From: Camelus ferus
Taxonomy: Eukaryota
Length of the DNA: 64,000 nt
Assembly: GCF_009834535.1 (NCBI RefSeq)
Contig: NC_045728.1
Coordinates: forward strand, 2,790,001-2,854,000
Reading direction: 5' to 3'
Shown here: positions 23,030 through 34,469 of the stretch, one piece after another
Numbering within the stretch: position 1 is the stretch's first letter
How the letters are laid out: each line of letters begins with the position of its first letter
The notes under the pieces: generated by a model
Databases searched by the model: none
What the model saw: the letters and a program-made list of their open reading frames with translations, nothing else
Told to the model about the DNA's origin: nothing
Made by a program: the position numbers and the translations under genes

Positions 23030-25190
23030 GAAGCGGCGGACTAGCACTCCAGTGCCCTCTAAGAAGCAACTGAAGCACAAGCGCAGAACTGTGAGAAGGA
23101 GCAAAACCAGCGGCAGGAGCTGCGGGAAGAGGAGCCCGGAGACGGGAGAGTCACTGACGAACACGTCGTGGAGACGGAAGGCCTGCTGAGAAATGGAGCA
23201 GGTACAAAAGGCTGCTGCCTACAAGGGCCCAACAGGTCAGGTGGGGTCCAGCCACCGCCCCAGGGAGGCCTACACGGTTTGGGGCTGGCAGTGAGCAGGC
23301 CTAGCTGAGGGAGGGAATGAAAAGTCAAACTGAAAACAAAGAAAAAAAAATGTTTGCTCAAGAAGTTGAACAAATTGTGGAGAGTTAAGGCTTTTAGTTA
23401 AGTAGGTTTGTGCTCTGTGGTTCTGCCTCACAGTGCCCAGAGCCCACGGTCAGAATTCCCAATAATTTTTTTCCAGCGTATTAAGAAGTAAACAAGGATC
23501 GCTTGGAATATGTGAACCAGAGCAGAAAAGGAAAGGCTTAGATGAACAGAAGACTAAAACAGAACCCTGGAAGAAAAAGACATGATTGTGAAAACAGAAA
23601 AGAACTTTCATCATCATCATCATCATCTCCATCACCATCATCATCACCACCACCACCATCATCATCACATTCAGCATCACCATCATCATTATCCCATCAT
23701 CATTATCACCACCATCATCATCACCATCATCATCACCATCACCACCACCATCATCATCACCACCATCATCATCATTATCACCTCAGAAAGATGCAAGAAG
23801 ACACTTTCTCCATTATGAAAAAAAAAATCATTGGAGCATAAGAATGAGCTCGTTAATATTAAATATACAAGTGACAAATTTTAAGTGCTATAACTAGAAA
23901 GCAAAATTAAGAAAGCCTCCCCGATATAAGGAAAAGTTAAAGAAAGGAAATTATGAGGGAAAGCCAAGAGCTGAGGAGGAATGATCCAAAAGATCTGATG
24001 TCCAGCTAATGTGAGCCCTAGACAGAAAAAAACAGAGTAAGTAGAAGGAAAGAATTGTCAATGAAATAATACATGAGAATTTCCAGAGCTGAAAGACATG
24101 AGTTTTTTTAGATTAAAAGAAAAAGATCTACATCTAGACATGTTATCATTGATAAAGAGACAATTCCAGAAGCTTCTAAGGGATAAAAAAATTAGCCAAA
24201 AACAAAAGACCAAAAAAAAAAAACCCAAAAAACAAAAAAAAAAACCCTGCTCTAAGTGGATTCCAAATAGAAGATTCTAAAAGCTTCCAGAGGGTCATAA
24301 AAAGAGTTGCCTACCAAGGTGAAATACAGTTTCAGAGGAAATATAATTTTAATCCAAAATTTTACACTCACCTGCACAATCAATCAACTGTAAGGGTAGA
24401 ATAACATGACTTTTTAAATGTAAGCACTAAACAATTTTACTTCTAAATCAACCTTTTGGGGGAAATTCTTTTAAAATGTACTCCGTCACCCAGAAGAGGA
24501 AAATGCATAATCCAAGAAACGAGGGGTTTCATTTAAGAGAACAAATAAGGACATTTCATGACAGCTGCTGTGGGTGAAGCCAAAAAATCACCCATAGAGA
24601 TTGGAGGTCCAGGATGGAGGCTCAGGATGTAGGTGAGCAGGGAAAACGGGGACTCGGGAGGGCAGGTGGGGTCACTGAGAGTGTGGAAAGTAACTGAGGG
24701 CATGAGAAAGGCAATGGTCCAAGACGGGGTCCTCGATTCCTCATGAAGACACACGGCATGAGAAATTCACGTTCCAAAGAAGCAGCAATATGAAACGAGG
24801 TATGATTTTAAGCAAATGATGGGGTCTGAGGAAAGAGCGTCTCCTGGACTCCGAATCTCCTAGAGGGGGCTCCCAGAGAGAGGGAAATTCAGTCCCAGCC
24901 CGCTCCTGGGCCACAGATTGAATCATATTTTTCATGGTCACAATAATGCAAATGCACTTTATTAGTTTTCAACTTCTAAAGAGAACCTGTGGCTGAAACC
25001 CAGAAGCCTTGTTTGGGCTGCAGACCAGAATGTAAATGATGGATCAGGCTTGTCAAGGGTAATTTTTTAAAACAACAGTGAAAGTTTCAAATATTGAGAG
25101 ATGTGTGTGTGTGAGAGGGGAGTATTAAACGTCTAAATTTTCACTATTCGTATAAGAAGTAAATGAATATTGACTAAAACTGATGAATCA
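23030..25190 (+). mobile_element. Near full-length HAL1 (ORF1-only 'half-L1'), decayed
   Basis: L1-like 5' start 'aagcggcggactagcac'. ORF1 relics such as 'gaaataatacatgagaatttccagagctgaaagacatgagtttt' (compare EIIQENFPELKDMSF). HAL1-type 'atgacagctgctgtgg...agattggagg' and 3' 'gtgtgtgtg...aaactgatgaatcaagaaatag'. No ORF2 follows. Confidence 0.75.
23609..23781. repeat. Compound (CAT/CAC)n trinucleotide repeat, 173 bp
   Basis: Seen directly. Interrupted by CTC, ATT, CAG and TAT units, with one register shift near 23692. Confidence 0.97.
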
Positions 25191-25203
25191 AGAAATAGAA
25201 TTC

Positions 25204-25530
25204 TACAGACGCACAGACATAGAAAACAAACTCATGGTTACCGGGGGGAAGGGGGTGCGGAGGGATAAACTGGGAGTTCAAGAATTGCAGATACTAACGA
25301 CTGTATATAAAGTAGATAAACAACAAGTTTCTAGCACAGGGAACTATATTCAATATCCTGTAGTAACCTATAATGAAAAAGAGTATGAAAAGGAATATAT
25401 GTGTGTACATGTGTGACTGAAACATGCTGTGCACCAGAAATTGACATAACAGTGTACACTGTGTATACTTCAATAAAAAAATTAATTAAGTTATATTCAA
25501 ATTTTTTTAAGTGAAAGGAAAAAAAAAAAA
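25204..25530 (+). mobile_element. Young L1 3' end inserted in the HAL1 tail
   Basis: 'cagacgcacagacatagaaaacaaactcatggttacc...tatacttcaataaaaaa'. TSD-like aagaaatagaatt / aagaaatcgagtt (11/13). Confidence 0.9.
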
Positions 25531-26299
25531 GAAATCGAGTTTTAGACATGCTCCCTCGCCGTTGTTAGGCCCTGAGTAGAACATGGCCTCAACCTCAGTG
25601 TCACGTGACAATCACTGCGGGAGGTGGGGGTGGGGGGGCTGCAGCGAGCACTGATGTCTGGTCCCATCCCAGAGACGCTGCTGTCACTCCCACGGGGTGA
25701 GGCTGGGGCGCTGAGATTTTCTCGATCCCCAGGTGATCAGAGTGTGTAGTCAAGGCTGAGCGTGGGTGCCCTGAAAGGACCTCAGTTGGACTGGGAATGT
25801 CGGGGGGCGCTGGGTGGGGTGCAGGGACAGTTTATTTGCACCATCAGCCCTCGATACGTTTGAGTTACCTCCATGTGCCTATATCATCTGGATGGAAACT
25901 GAGTTTACCACTTTAAGTGGCCTTGATGGCAGGGAACATCTCTGAGGGACAGAACCCAGGTGACGGACAGATCGTGGTCCAGAGGGTGGCAGCCTCCAGG
26001 CTGTCCTCAGCTGTCCCCTCACCCTTCCTTCCTTGCTTTAGAGAAGCACCGGGGCTCCGGGGCCTGAGAGACAGGGTCCCTCGGGTTAAGGGACAAGCTG
26101 GAGCAGGGGTCGGACCGGTTGGTGCCAGCAGGCTCTATCCGCTGTGTCTCTCCCACTGTTACACCGCCTCCCTCTCCCCTTTCCACCCTGGCGCTGCGGG
26201 TCTGCTCTGCCGGCCCTTCCTCCCCCGCCTCTTCCCGGCTCGCTCAGCTCCACTGTGCAAGGAGAGCACGGACCTCGCATCCTGGGAAACCCGCCGCGG

Positions 26300-26600
26300 C
26301 GTCACTGAACCCAAGTGTTTTCTCAGGTGGAGCTGGAGGTGCCTAGCTGCTGCAGGCCGCTTTCTCCGTCCAAGCAAACTGAATTTCCTTGCCTTTCACC
26401 GCTGCTGGCTCTCCAGTTCCTCAACCCGCCGTGCGCTAAACTGCCTGTTTGTTGGGGGCACAGCCATGTCCGCCTCCTCTTCTCACAGTTCTTACATGCG
26501 ATTTTGCTCCTTTTTACAGTTCTGTGCTTAGATTTCAGTGGTTTCTTAGAAGGAGCCAGAGGCGAACAAGCACGCATCCAGCCTGCAGTGTTAGCAAAGC
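26300..26600 (-). mobile_element. Second HAL1/L1M 5' end fragment, opposite orientation
   Basis: Reverse complement of 26474-26553 matches 23055-23134 at 60/80 positions without gaps. Confidence 0.65.
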
Positions 26601-27724
26601 CCTCTGAGATGCTCGCTCATTGCTGGGTGAACGGTCCTTGATTCCAACTTACGGTCAAGTCTTCTGAACGCCTGCTCCCCTCCACAGAGACACAGCTTTC
26701 GTCCTCGCTGCAGAGAGACGGCCAGGAGGAGTCGCTGAGCTGGCTTCTCCCTGGCTGTTTCCACTGTTTCTCTTTTTCACTTTTATCGATGTCAAGGACA
26801 CATAGATCTCCCTCGTCCTCCCACAGCCCCAGAGAAATATGACAGGGCCAAAAACAAAGTTAAGAGATTTATGGACCCCACGAGATCCCAATTAAGGGAA
26901 GCCACTGGGGCGCTGACCTGCCTCCCCCGCCTGAGGACCCCAGACACACGGCCGCGTCCTCCCATAAAGCAGAGTGCCTTGACACCAGAAATAAAACATC
27001 TGTACTGGCGCTCGGAAGATGCTTTGTATGCGTTCCTGAGCCCTAGTCTGTGCTTAAACTCCAGCTTTTTGGTATAATTTTAGCCTTAGAACTTAACATT
27101 TTTACTGCCTTTTCCTCCAAATAATCAATATTGATTTTACTGTATCTGTTATTCTCCTGGCATTAAGATTTATTCTCTTCCTTTCCTTTGCCTGAGATTG
27201 TAGTTTATAGAATGGGAGTTTATTCTGTTCTTTCAGGAAAGCTTGCAGGATAATTATCTTGCCCCAGTGGCAACTCATTCAGCTTGTGTTGTATTGAAAA
27301 GTAATAATTGGCTTGGCCCCTCATCAGGTTTGAACAGCTTTATTACTATTACATTTGCTGGAACATTGTGGCGGCATCTCTGCAGGCTCTGGCACTGTCA
27401 GGGGCTCAGAAACCTGAATCCATCTAAGTGAGGTCCCCTCTCCTAGCCTGCTTGGAACTCTGCTTTGAACAGTACAAAGCACACCAAGCTCCACTTTCCA
27501 GAGCCAGTTTCTACCCCTGCCTTTTGCTTATGCTTTTACTGATGCAAGGAACCTACCTCAGGCCAGATGCAAGGCACCTTGGGTGATGGTCATGAGAAGT
27601 GAGTGACGGAGTGAGTGGAGGAAACAGCGCCAAGATACCTGTATATGCACATACGCACCACTGTGTATACACTGGAATATTTCATAGGTGGGCTTACCTT
27701 TAGAGGGGGCTGCAAGATGTGAAA

Positions 27725-27900
27725 GAGAGAGTATAAAATCAGAAGTCAAGAGCCCAGGACCTACTCTTCACCAGCTCTGTGGCCCTAAACAAATTACCCA
27801 ACCTCTCTGAGCCTCTGAATCTTGTCTTAATGGGAACAGTAACATAGGAACGTGCCTATAGTTTGGGTTTGTGCATTAAGTAAATAACATCATGTACAGT
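27725..27900 (+). mobile_element. MIR
   Basis: 'agaagtcaagagcccagg...ccagctctgtggccctaaacaaattacccaacctctctgagcctc'. Confidence 0.8.
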
Positions 27901-27939
27901 GGTTTATTTGATGTTGAAAGGTAGGAGTTTACCCAATTT

Positions 27940-28490
27940 GAAAAGATAAATGCACCTCAAAGTTCACAGCACTATTTACAATAGCCAAGACATGGAAGCA
28001 ACCTAAATGTCCATCAACAGACGACNNNNNNNNNNNNNNNNNNNNNNNNNNNNNNNNNNNNNNNNNNNNNNNNNNNNNNNNNNNNNNNNNNNNNNNNNNN
28101 NNNNNNNNNNNNNNNNNNNNNNNNNNNNNNNNNNNNNNNNNNNNNNNNNNNNNNNNGCGACATGGATGGACCTGGAGATGATGACACTAAGGAAGTAGGT
28201 CAGACAGAGAAAAACAAGTATCATGTGCCATCACTTACATGTGGAATCTAAAAGCAAAAGACCCAAAAGAACTTATTTACAAAAGAGAAACAGACTCACA
28301 GACAAAAAAACAAACTTTTGGTTACCTGTGGGGAAAGAGCAGGGAGGGATAAATTAGGAGTTTGGGGTTAGCAGATACAAATGACTGTACACAGAACAGA
28401 CAGACAACAAGGTCTTACTGTGCAGCATGGGGAACTAACACGACATTGTAGATCAACTATGCTTCAGTTAAAAAATATATAAAATATTGA
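27940..28490 (+). mobile_element. Young L1 3' end with an internal N-run (28026-28156)
   Basis: 'cagcactatttacaatagccaagacatggaagcaacctaaatgtccatcaacaga' N(131) 'gcgacatggatggacctggag...gtggaatctaaaa'. Confidence 0.92.
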
Positions 28491-28547
28491 AAAATGTAGG
28501 TGTTTATGCAAAATGCCCAGAGGGAACATAGTTGTGGGACATCCACC

Positions 28548-28900
28548 TATTTATTCATTCCCTCCTTAATTGATTCACTCAACAAATATATTTGTTTTGC
28601 ACCTGCTATGTGCCAGGTTCTGTGTTGGGTGCTAGAGTCCCAAGAGGGGTAAAGCAAGACCCTTCTGCTCGCGGATCTTACAGTTGGTTGGAAACACAGA
28701 TGTTGGTCGAATAATCCCACAAACAAACATAAGACGACAGCTGTGACGGGGTCTACGTCAGCAGGTCGGGGAGCTATGAATGCCCACCACAAGGATGTGA
28801 CCCTAAGAGGTAGCACTTGAGGACTGAAAAAGGAGAAGGTGGCTGATTGCTCAGATGGAGGGAAAAGCACTCCAGGCAAGGGAACAGCCCCACTGCTGGA
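28548..28900 (-). mobile_element. L2 3' region
   Basis: 'attcattc...attcactcaacaaatatatttg...cacctgctatgtgccaggttctgtgttgggtgctagag...agcactccaggcaagggaacagc'. Confidence 0.85.
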
Positions 28901-31789
28901 AGGAGCTGAGAAAGCACAGAGAACCCAAGAAAGGTTCACGCCCCTGCGGCGGGGAGAACCCACGGCACGGTGGGCAGAACGGAGGAAGCCAACAGCAACC
29001 AGTAAGGCCCTCAGAGCAGGGCCGATGGCAAGGTTTGTTCCCGGGGGAGGGTTCATGGATTGTTTGTGTTTTCCGCTTCAAAATTTCTTTGCATCAGAGA
29101 AAAGACAAATAAATAGCCAACTAGGAGGTAGAGATGGAGATGGGAGAACACACGGCCAGGACAGTGGCTGGTGGGGCTGAGCGCAGACTCGGAGGCGCAG
29201 GCTGGGGAGTCGTGCTGGCCGGCTCGCACTGTGCTCTTCACGAGGGTCCTGGGTGTGTCACGGGCAGACGTGGGGTCTGCAGGTACTACGACTGGCTGGG
29301 GTCACACATAGACACATGAGGCTTATGGGAAGGGAACACAAACCGAAAGGAGACAGAGGTGTGGGGCTGCAAAGACCACACTGGGCTGGGCTCAGGGCTG
29401 GTTCCACGTGGTCTCTAGGGTGTCCCGGAATTAAACAGTTCTGTGAGTCTATCAGTCTCATCCCCAAAGAAATCGTAAATGCTGGCAGGTACGGCCCTCT
29501 GTCGTGGGGGGCGGGGGGCCCGTAATTCCTTCCTGCCGACGCTGACTTTGCTAACTCGCTGCTGCTCCAGCCTCCTGAGTCTTTGCCCGGCTGGGCAAGG
29601 GGCTGCTAGAGGCCCGAGCACCCCGGGAGCTGCTCCGTTTCGGGACGATCTGGGTTCCGGAGCCTCCTTTGGCGGAGACTTCGGGGAAGCCACATGGACG
29701 CTGGGCTCCAGCTGACCCACCGGGAGACGGGGCGTCTGACCCTGACACTCAGTTAGTGGAAGAGACGGCGTATAACGTATGCTTGACACTGATGTGATTG
29801 CGTGTTAATAACTGGTTTTCAAATATTTATTACAATGGCTGTTTTAATAAATATTTCATGAATGCTATTTTTTTCAAAAGCCCTCTGTTGCCAGCGTTGC
29901 TGCCTTAATTTGCCTTAATGAGGATTTTTTAAAATGCAGTGATAAATTGCTTCCCTGACAGTGTACGGGAGGGGAAGAGGGCTCTGATGGAGAATCTACC
30001 ATCGGGGGCAACCAACCCAGGAGAAGATGAAGAACCAGCACCAAACCCCCAGAAGACGGAGAGGCGGCTGCTCTGCAAGTCCCCACGGAAGGGAACAAAG
30101 CTCACCCACAGCCCACGGGAGATGAGGAAGCATGTCCCTGACGGAGGACGCACAGCCTGTGGGCAGGTGACTGAGGACCATGGGCTCTCCCAGGAAATCC
30201 CAGAAAGTGTCATAGCAAAGTGCCAGCCCAGCCCTGCTTAGAGGGAGGAGAGAGAGCGGGGCCATTCTGGGGTCTGGCAGCCTGACAAAGTGATGCTTCA
30301 GAAAGGAGCAAGCAGGATGGTGAGGTCCCCAGGCGGGAGGGGCCCCCTGCCTTCCTCACTCTCCCCACTGGAACCTCAGGCCCCATGAGCCCCCACAGGC
30401 AGAACCTCCCGGGGGCGGCCCGCCTCTCGGGACGCCCAGTGGGACTGGACTTGCCCGACTTCCTGAGGTGGCAGCCACAGCGCAAATGAAAGCAGTGCTC
30501 CTCTCGGTGGAAGACATTAGAATATTTCTGAAACCAGGTCGCCTCTCACAACCCACGTGCTCGTTCCACGTGGAAGCAGATCTTGTTTTCCCTGAAAGCT
30601 GCTTTTTAAACGATGCTGCATTCCTGTCCCTGAGATGACACTGCATCTGAGAATGAGAAGCCAGGGCGGCTCCGCAGGGCCAGCGACACCCAGAGAAGTT
30701 CAGAATTAGCCGCCTTCTCCAACCTGGTGACGCGGGTGCTCCAGACAGTGGCCAGCTGCCACTCCCTGGTTGGGGACGGTGCCTACAACAGCCCTGGGCA
30801 CCCTCATCACCGCCTTCCAAGTCCATCCTGACCACAACCCCTGCCATGCTGTGCGCAGATGCCTGAGATCCTGCCTGGGTCACCGCTCCTTGGTTCCGGC
30901 TGGTTCTCCTTCCCTGCAGGACTTGAGTCCAGCCCTCCACACCCACCCTAGCAACTGAGAGGCATTGCTACCCTGCTTTGCTCAAGCTCATGTGCCTTCC
31001 TGGGCTGGGAGACTGTCTCACATGCCTCCCCAGGACAGAAGATCTCTTTGAATGAGAGGCAATCCTCTCCATCCCCAGCATCTACCTGGAGTTGGGCCCC
31101 ACCAGCAACCGTGCTTGTCCCTTCCAGCTGTGCCCTCGTGGCCACCCCCATGGCCATTTCCTCCTGCCAGACCTGTGTCAGCCAGGTGTGCCAGTCTTCT
31201 GCATTTAACCACCTGGCCCCGTCACCTTAACTGAGCTCAAATGTTATGTGTTAATCGTGTCGGACCAGTTGCTTCCTAATGATTTGTTCGTATTGCTGCA
31301 GCCTCTCCTGCACAGCTCCAGAGATGCTGTCCACGCCGCGTCAGACCAGAACACACACCCAGGGGATTGTGCAAGCCCTTCTCCCACTTCCCCAGTTCAC
31401 CAAAGTGCAAGGCAACGGTCTCCGTGGGCCCACGTGGAGAGCACGTCAACCTCGACAGGGAGACAGTTAGGCGCAGCACGTACGTCTGGACGTTTACCGT
31501 GTGCCGGCCTGGCCCACGCAGGGGAGAAGGCGGCAGGGAGACAGACGCGGGCTTGCGTGTGCACTCGGTGAGTTCTGTGGTCCTGGTGTGTGCAGAGGCT
31601 GGGAGTGAGGGGTACCAAGCTGAGCCCACAAGGATACGGGGGCACACGTGAGCTAAGCCGTGTGGCGGAAGATGTGGGTTTAAGGCGGGGGCGGGGCACT
31701 CCCCCTCCAGTGAGAATCCACGCACATTAGTACAGACAGAAAGTAAAATGTGCGTCAGAAAATGCCAGGGGCTGGAGAGCTTGGCCATA

Positions 31790-31995
31790 CACAGAGGAGC
31801 TCAGTTATTTTCTTAAGAAACTCTTGTCCTGTAGGTGATGGGCAACCTCAAAAGAGGGAGCAATATGTGTAGATCTGTGTGTTAAATCACCAGTCACTCC
31901 GGTAGCTCTGGAGAGAACAGTTTTGAGCAAGACGAAAAAACAGGAGAAAGCGGTTTTGTATAGTGAAGATGATGAAGACCTGAGGCAAGACTCGA
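31790..31995 (-). mobile_element. L2 fragment
   Basis: 'ttgtcctgtaggtgatgggcaacc...tcactccggtagctctggagagaacag'. Confidence 0.55.
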
Positions 31996-32246
31996 GCAGC
32001 TAGCAGTTACTGGGCGCTTGTTCCCAGCCTGTCACAAAGCCCTGTGCTGTCCAGGGCCTTGGGCCACGTCTGCAGCTGAGCTGGACAGCAGCTGAGCCTC
32101 ACTCGTTCCTCTCAAGGTCCTCTTGCTGATCCCTTCTCTTCGACAGCAGCTGGGGGAGTGAATGTGTCACCTGGTCACTTGAGGTCCAGGCTCGACGACA
32201 GTCTCACATTTTTTCAGGAACTACTGAATGGGCTTGAAACACTGAT

Positions 32247-33028
32247 TGGACACTCAGAACTCTGTAAATGACAAATGCTGTGGAGGCTGTGGGGAAAAGG
32301 GGACCCTCCTGCACTGCTGGTGGGAATGCAGTTTGCTGCAGCCGCTATGGAAAACAGTGTGGAGATTCCTCAAAAAACTAAAAATAGACTTACCATACAG
32401 CCCAGTAATCCCACTCCTGGGCATATATCCAGAGGGATCCTTAATTCAAAAAGACACCTGCACCCNNNNNNNNNNNNNNNNNNNNNNNNNNNNNNNNNNN
32501 NNNNNNNNNNNNNNNNNNNNNNNNNNNNNNNNNNNNNNNNNNNNNNNNNNNNNNNNNNNNNNNNNNNNNNNNNNNNNNNNNNNNNNNNNNNNNNNNNNNN
32601 NNNNNNNNNNNNNNNNNNNNNNNNNNNNNNNNNNNNNNNNNNNNNNNNNNNNNNNNNNNNNNNNNATAAAGAAAAATACCATATGATATCACTCATATGT
32701 GGAATCTAAAAAAAAGACAACTGAAGTTATATATAAAACAGAAACAGACTCACAGACATAGAAAACAAAACTATGGTTACCAGGGGAAAGGGGTGGGAAG
32801 GGATAAATTGGGAGTTCAAGATCTGCTGATACTGACTGGTATATATAAAACAGATAAACAAGTTTATGCTGTATAGCACAGGGAACTATATTTGATATCT
32901 TATAGTAGCTTATGGTGAAAAAGAATATAAAAATGAATATACATATGTTCATGTATGACTGAAACATTGTGCTGTACACCAGAAATTGACACAACGTTGT
33001 AAACGATGTTCAACTAAAAAAAAAAAGA
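32247..33028 (+). mobile_element. Young L1, ORF2 C-terminus (cysteine-rich domain) plus 3' UTR, with N-run 32466-32665
   Basis: Translates [54 protein letters not shown], the L1 ORF2p cysteine-rich tail. A-tail at 33016-33026. TSD-like gaaacactgat / gaaacgctgac. Confidence 0.95.
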
Positions 33029-34109
33029 AACGCTGACGGAATTACCTGGTGAAAGGGTTGAGTCTGCACAACCTCCACTGCAGGGAAGTTCCTTCTGGTG
33101 CCCCCCCCTCCCCCGGCTGGGCCATCGCAGCGCAGGACGAAGGGTGTCTGGAGAACAAGGACAGCTGACAGGCAGGGCTCTGATTAAGGCTCGTGTGTCT
33201 GAATCTTGCAGAGTCTTCTGATAAACTCAGTGCACTTTGGTTTGGTGGCATCGTGTGATGGCTGCTTTTGATTTTGCCACACCCAGAAAGGGTAATGTCC
33301 ACTTGGTCTGTGGGAGCTGGGAGCAGAAGGGGAGAGGGGACTGAGGTCTGGAACAGGATGCGAGCACAGCCCGCCCACATGACCACGGGCCTTTGTTACC
33401 AAAACCTGGATAGGGGGCATGTGGACTGAGAGGAGAAAGGGGTGTCAAGGTGGGAAGCCAGATGGGAACCCGTGTTTCAAAAGTTGGCAGAAGAAGGGAA
33501 GCCCAAAATAAAGGATGGACAGAAGCAGACGTGATGTCACTGAGGAAGGAAGCAGGGATGCAGCTGGCCATGAGCTGGATGGTCGAGAGGATGCTGGTGC
33601 CCTCGTCTCAGGGCAGGGAAGCCCCAGGCAGGGCTGGGAGGGGAAGCATGGGGGTGGGGGGACTCAGAGGGTTAACCTGCGTGGCAACAGCGGGAGAGAC
33701 AGTCAGCAGCTCCTGGGGGAGACAGTACTTGGGAAAGATGATTGTATACAGCAAGGATGCCTCCATCCCCCAGAGCCACTGCCACCAACTCCCCCAAACG
33801 GGGCAGCTTAAAACAATCCAAATGTATCCTCTCATGACTCTGGAGGCCGGGAGGCGAAAATCAAGGTGTCCACGGGGCTACACTCCCTCCGAAGGCGCTA
33901 AGGGAAAGTCTGATCCTTGCCCCTTCCCCCAGCCCCCACCAGGGACCACTGGCATCCTTGTCTGGCGGCTGAACCTCTCCTGTACTGTGGTGGCTCGTTG
34001 TGTGCGCCCCCTGGCTGGGTCGCTGCGCGCCCAGACACCTGCCTAAACCTGACTCCCAGGTGTGTCCGTGGGGACCCGCCCCAGTGTGGGAGGGCACCAC
34101 CTAGCCCCT

Positions 34110-34465
34110 TGTTAGGTAGTTTAGATAGCAACGAGTGTTGGGCAAGGGGAGAGGAACCATCCAGAACACAAGGAACCTGAGCTGTCAGTCAACCAGAGCA
34201 CAGGGAACTTGAGTTGCCAGTCATCAATCAATCAGTAAATCAATCACAGAACCAGGATATAAAAGCAGGAGAAAGCGAGGGAGCAGCACCGTGTTCCCCC
34301 TCGGGTGGCCCGCCCCAGGTCCTCGGGCGTGTACGATCTCTCACTACTCGGTTCGATTCACTAATGAAAGTCCTGCTTATATCACGCCTTTTGTCTCTCG
34401 TCAAAAACCCTTTTATCGGGTGACTAAGAACCGAGGTATTTCCTATTTTCCTTTTCCTGGGAACA
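34110..34465 (+). mobile_element. ERV solo LTR (cetartiodactyl ERV1-like)
   Basis: Starts TG 'tgttaggtagtttagatagc' and ends '...gggaaca'. TATAAAA at 34258-34264, 'gggtggcccgccc' in the R region and 'gtgactaagaaccgagg' in U5. TSD not resolved. Confidence 0.7.
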
Positions 34466-34469
34466 CACC

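Noticed and set aside
23542-23841. Poly-His / poly-Ser / poly-Ile ORFs and antisense poly-Met/Val ORFs
   Set aside because: These are translations of the CAT/CAC microsatellite inside a dead HAL1. The surrounding ORF1 is broken by stops and frameshifts.
25615-25645. G-quadruplex-capable G runs (many similar sites, e.g. 33630-33670 and 61400-61415)
   Set aside because: They are too frequent at this base composition to be informative individually.
25917-26577. ORFs around 26.3-26.6 kb with Lys/Arg-rich, protein-like text
   Set aside because: They are explained by the purine-rich HAL1 5' region on the minus strand (75% match to 23055-23134).
32246-32686. ORF with a cysteine-rich, zinc-knuckle-like motif
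   Set aside because: It is the C-terminus of L1 ORF2p in a 5'-truncated copy, not a host gene.
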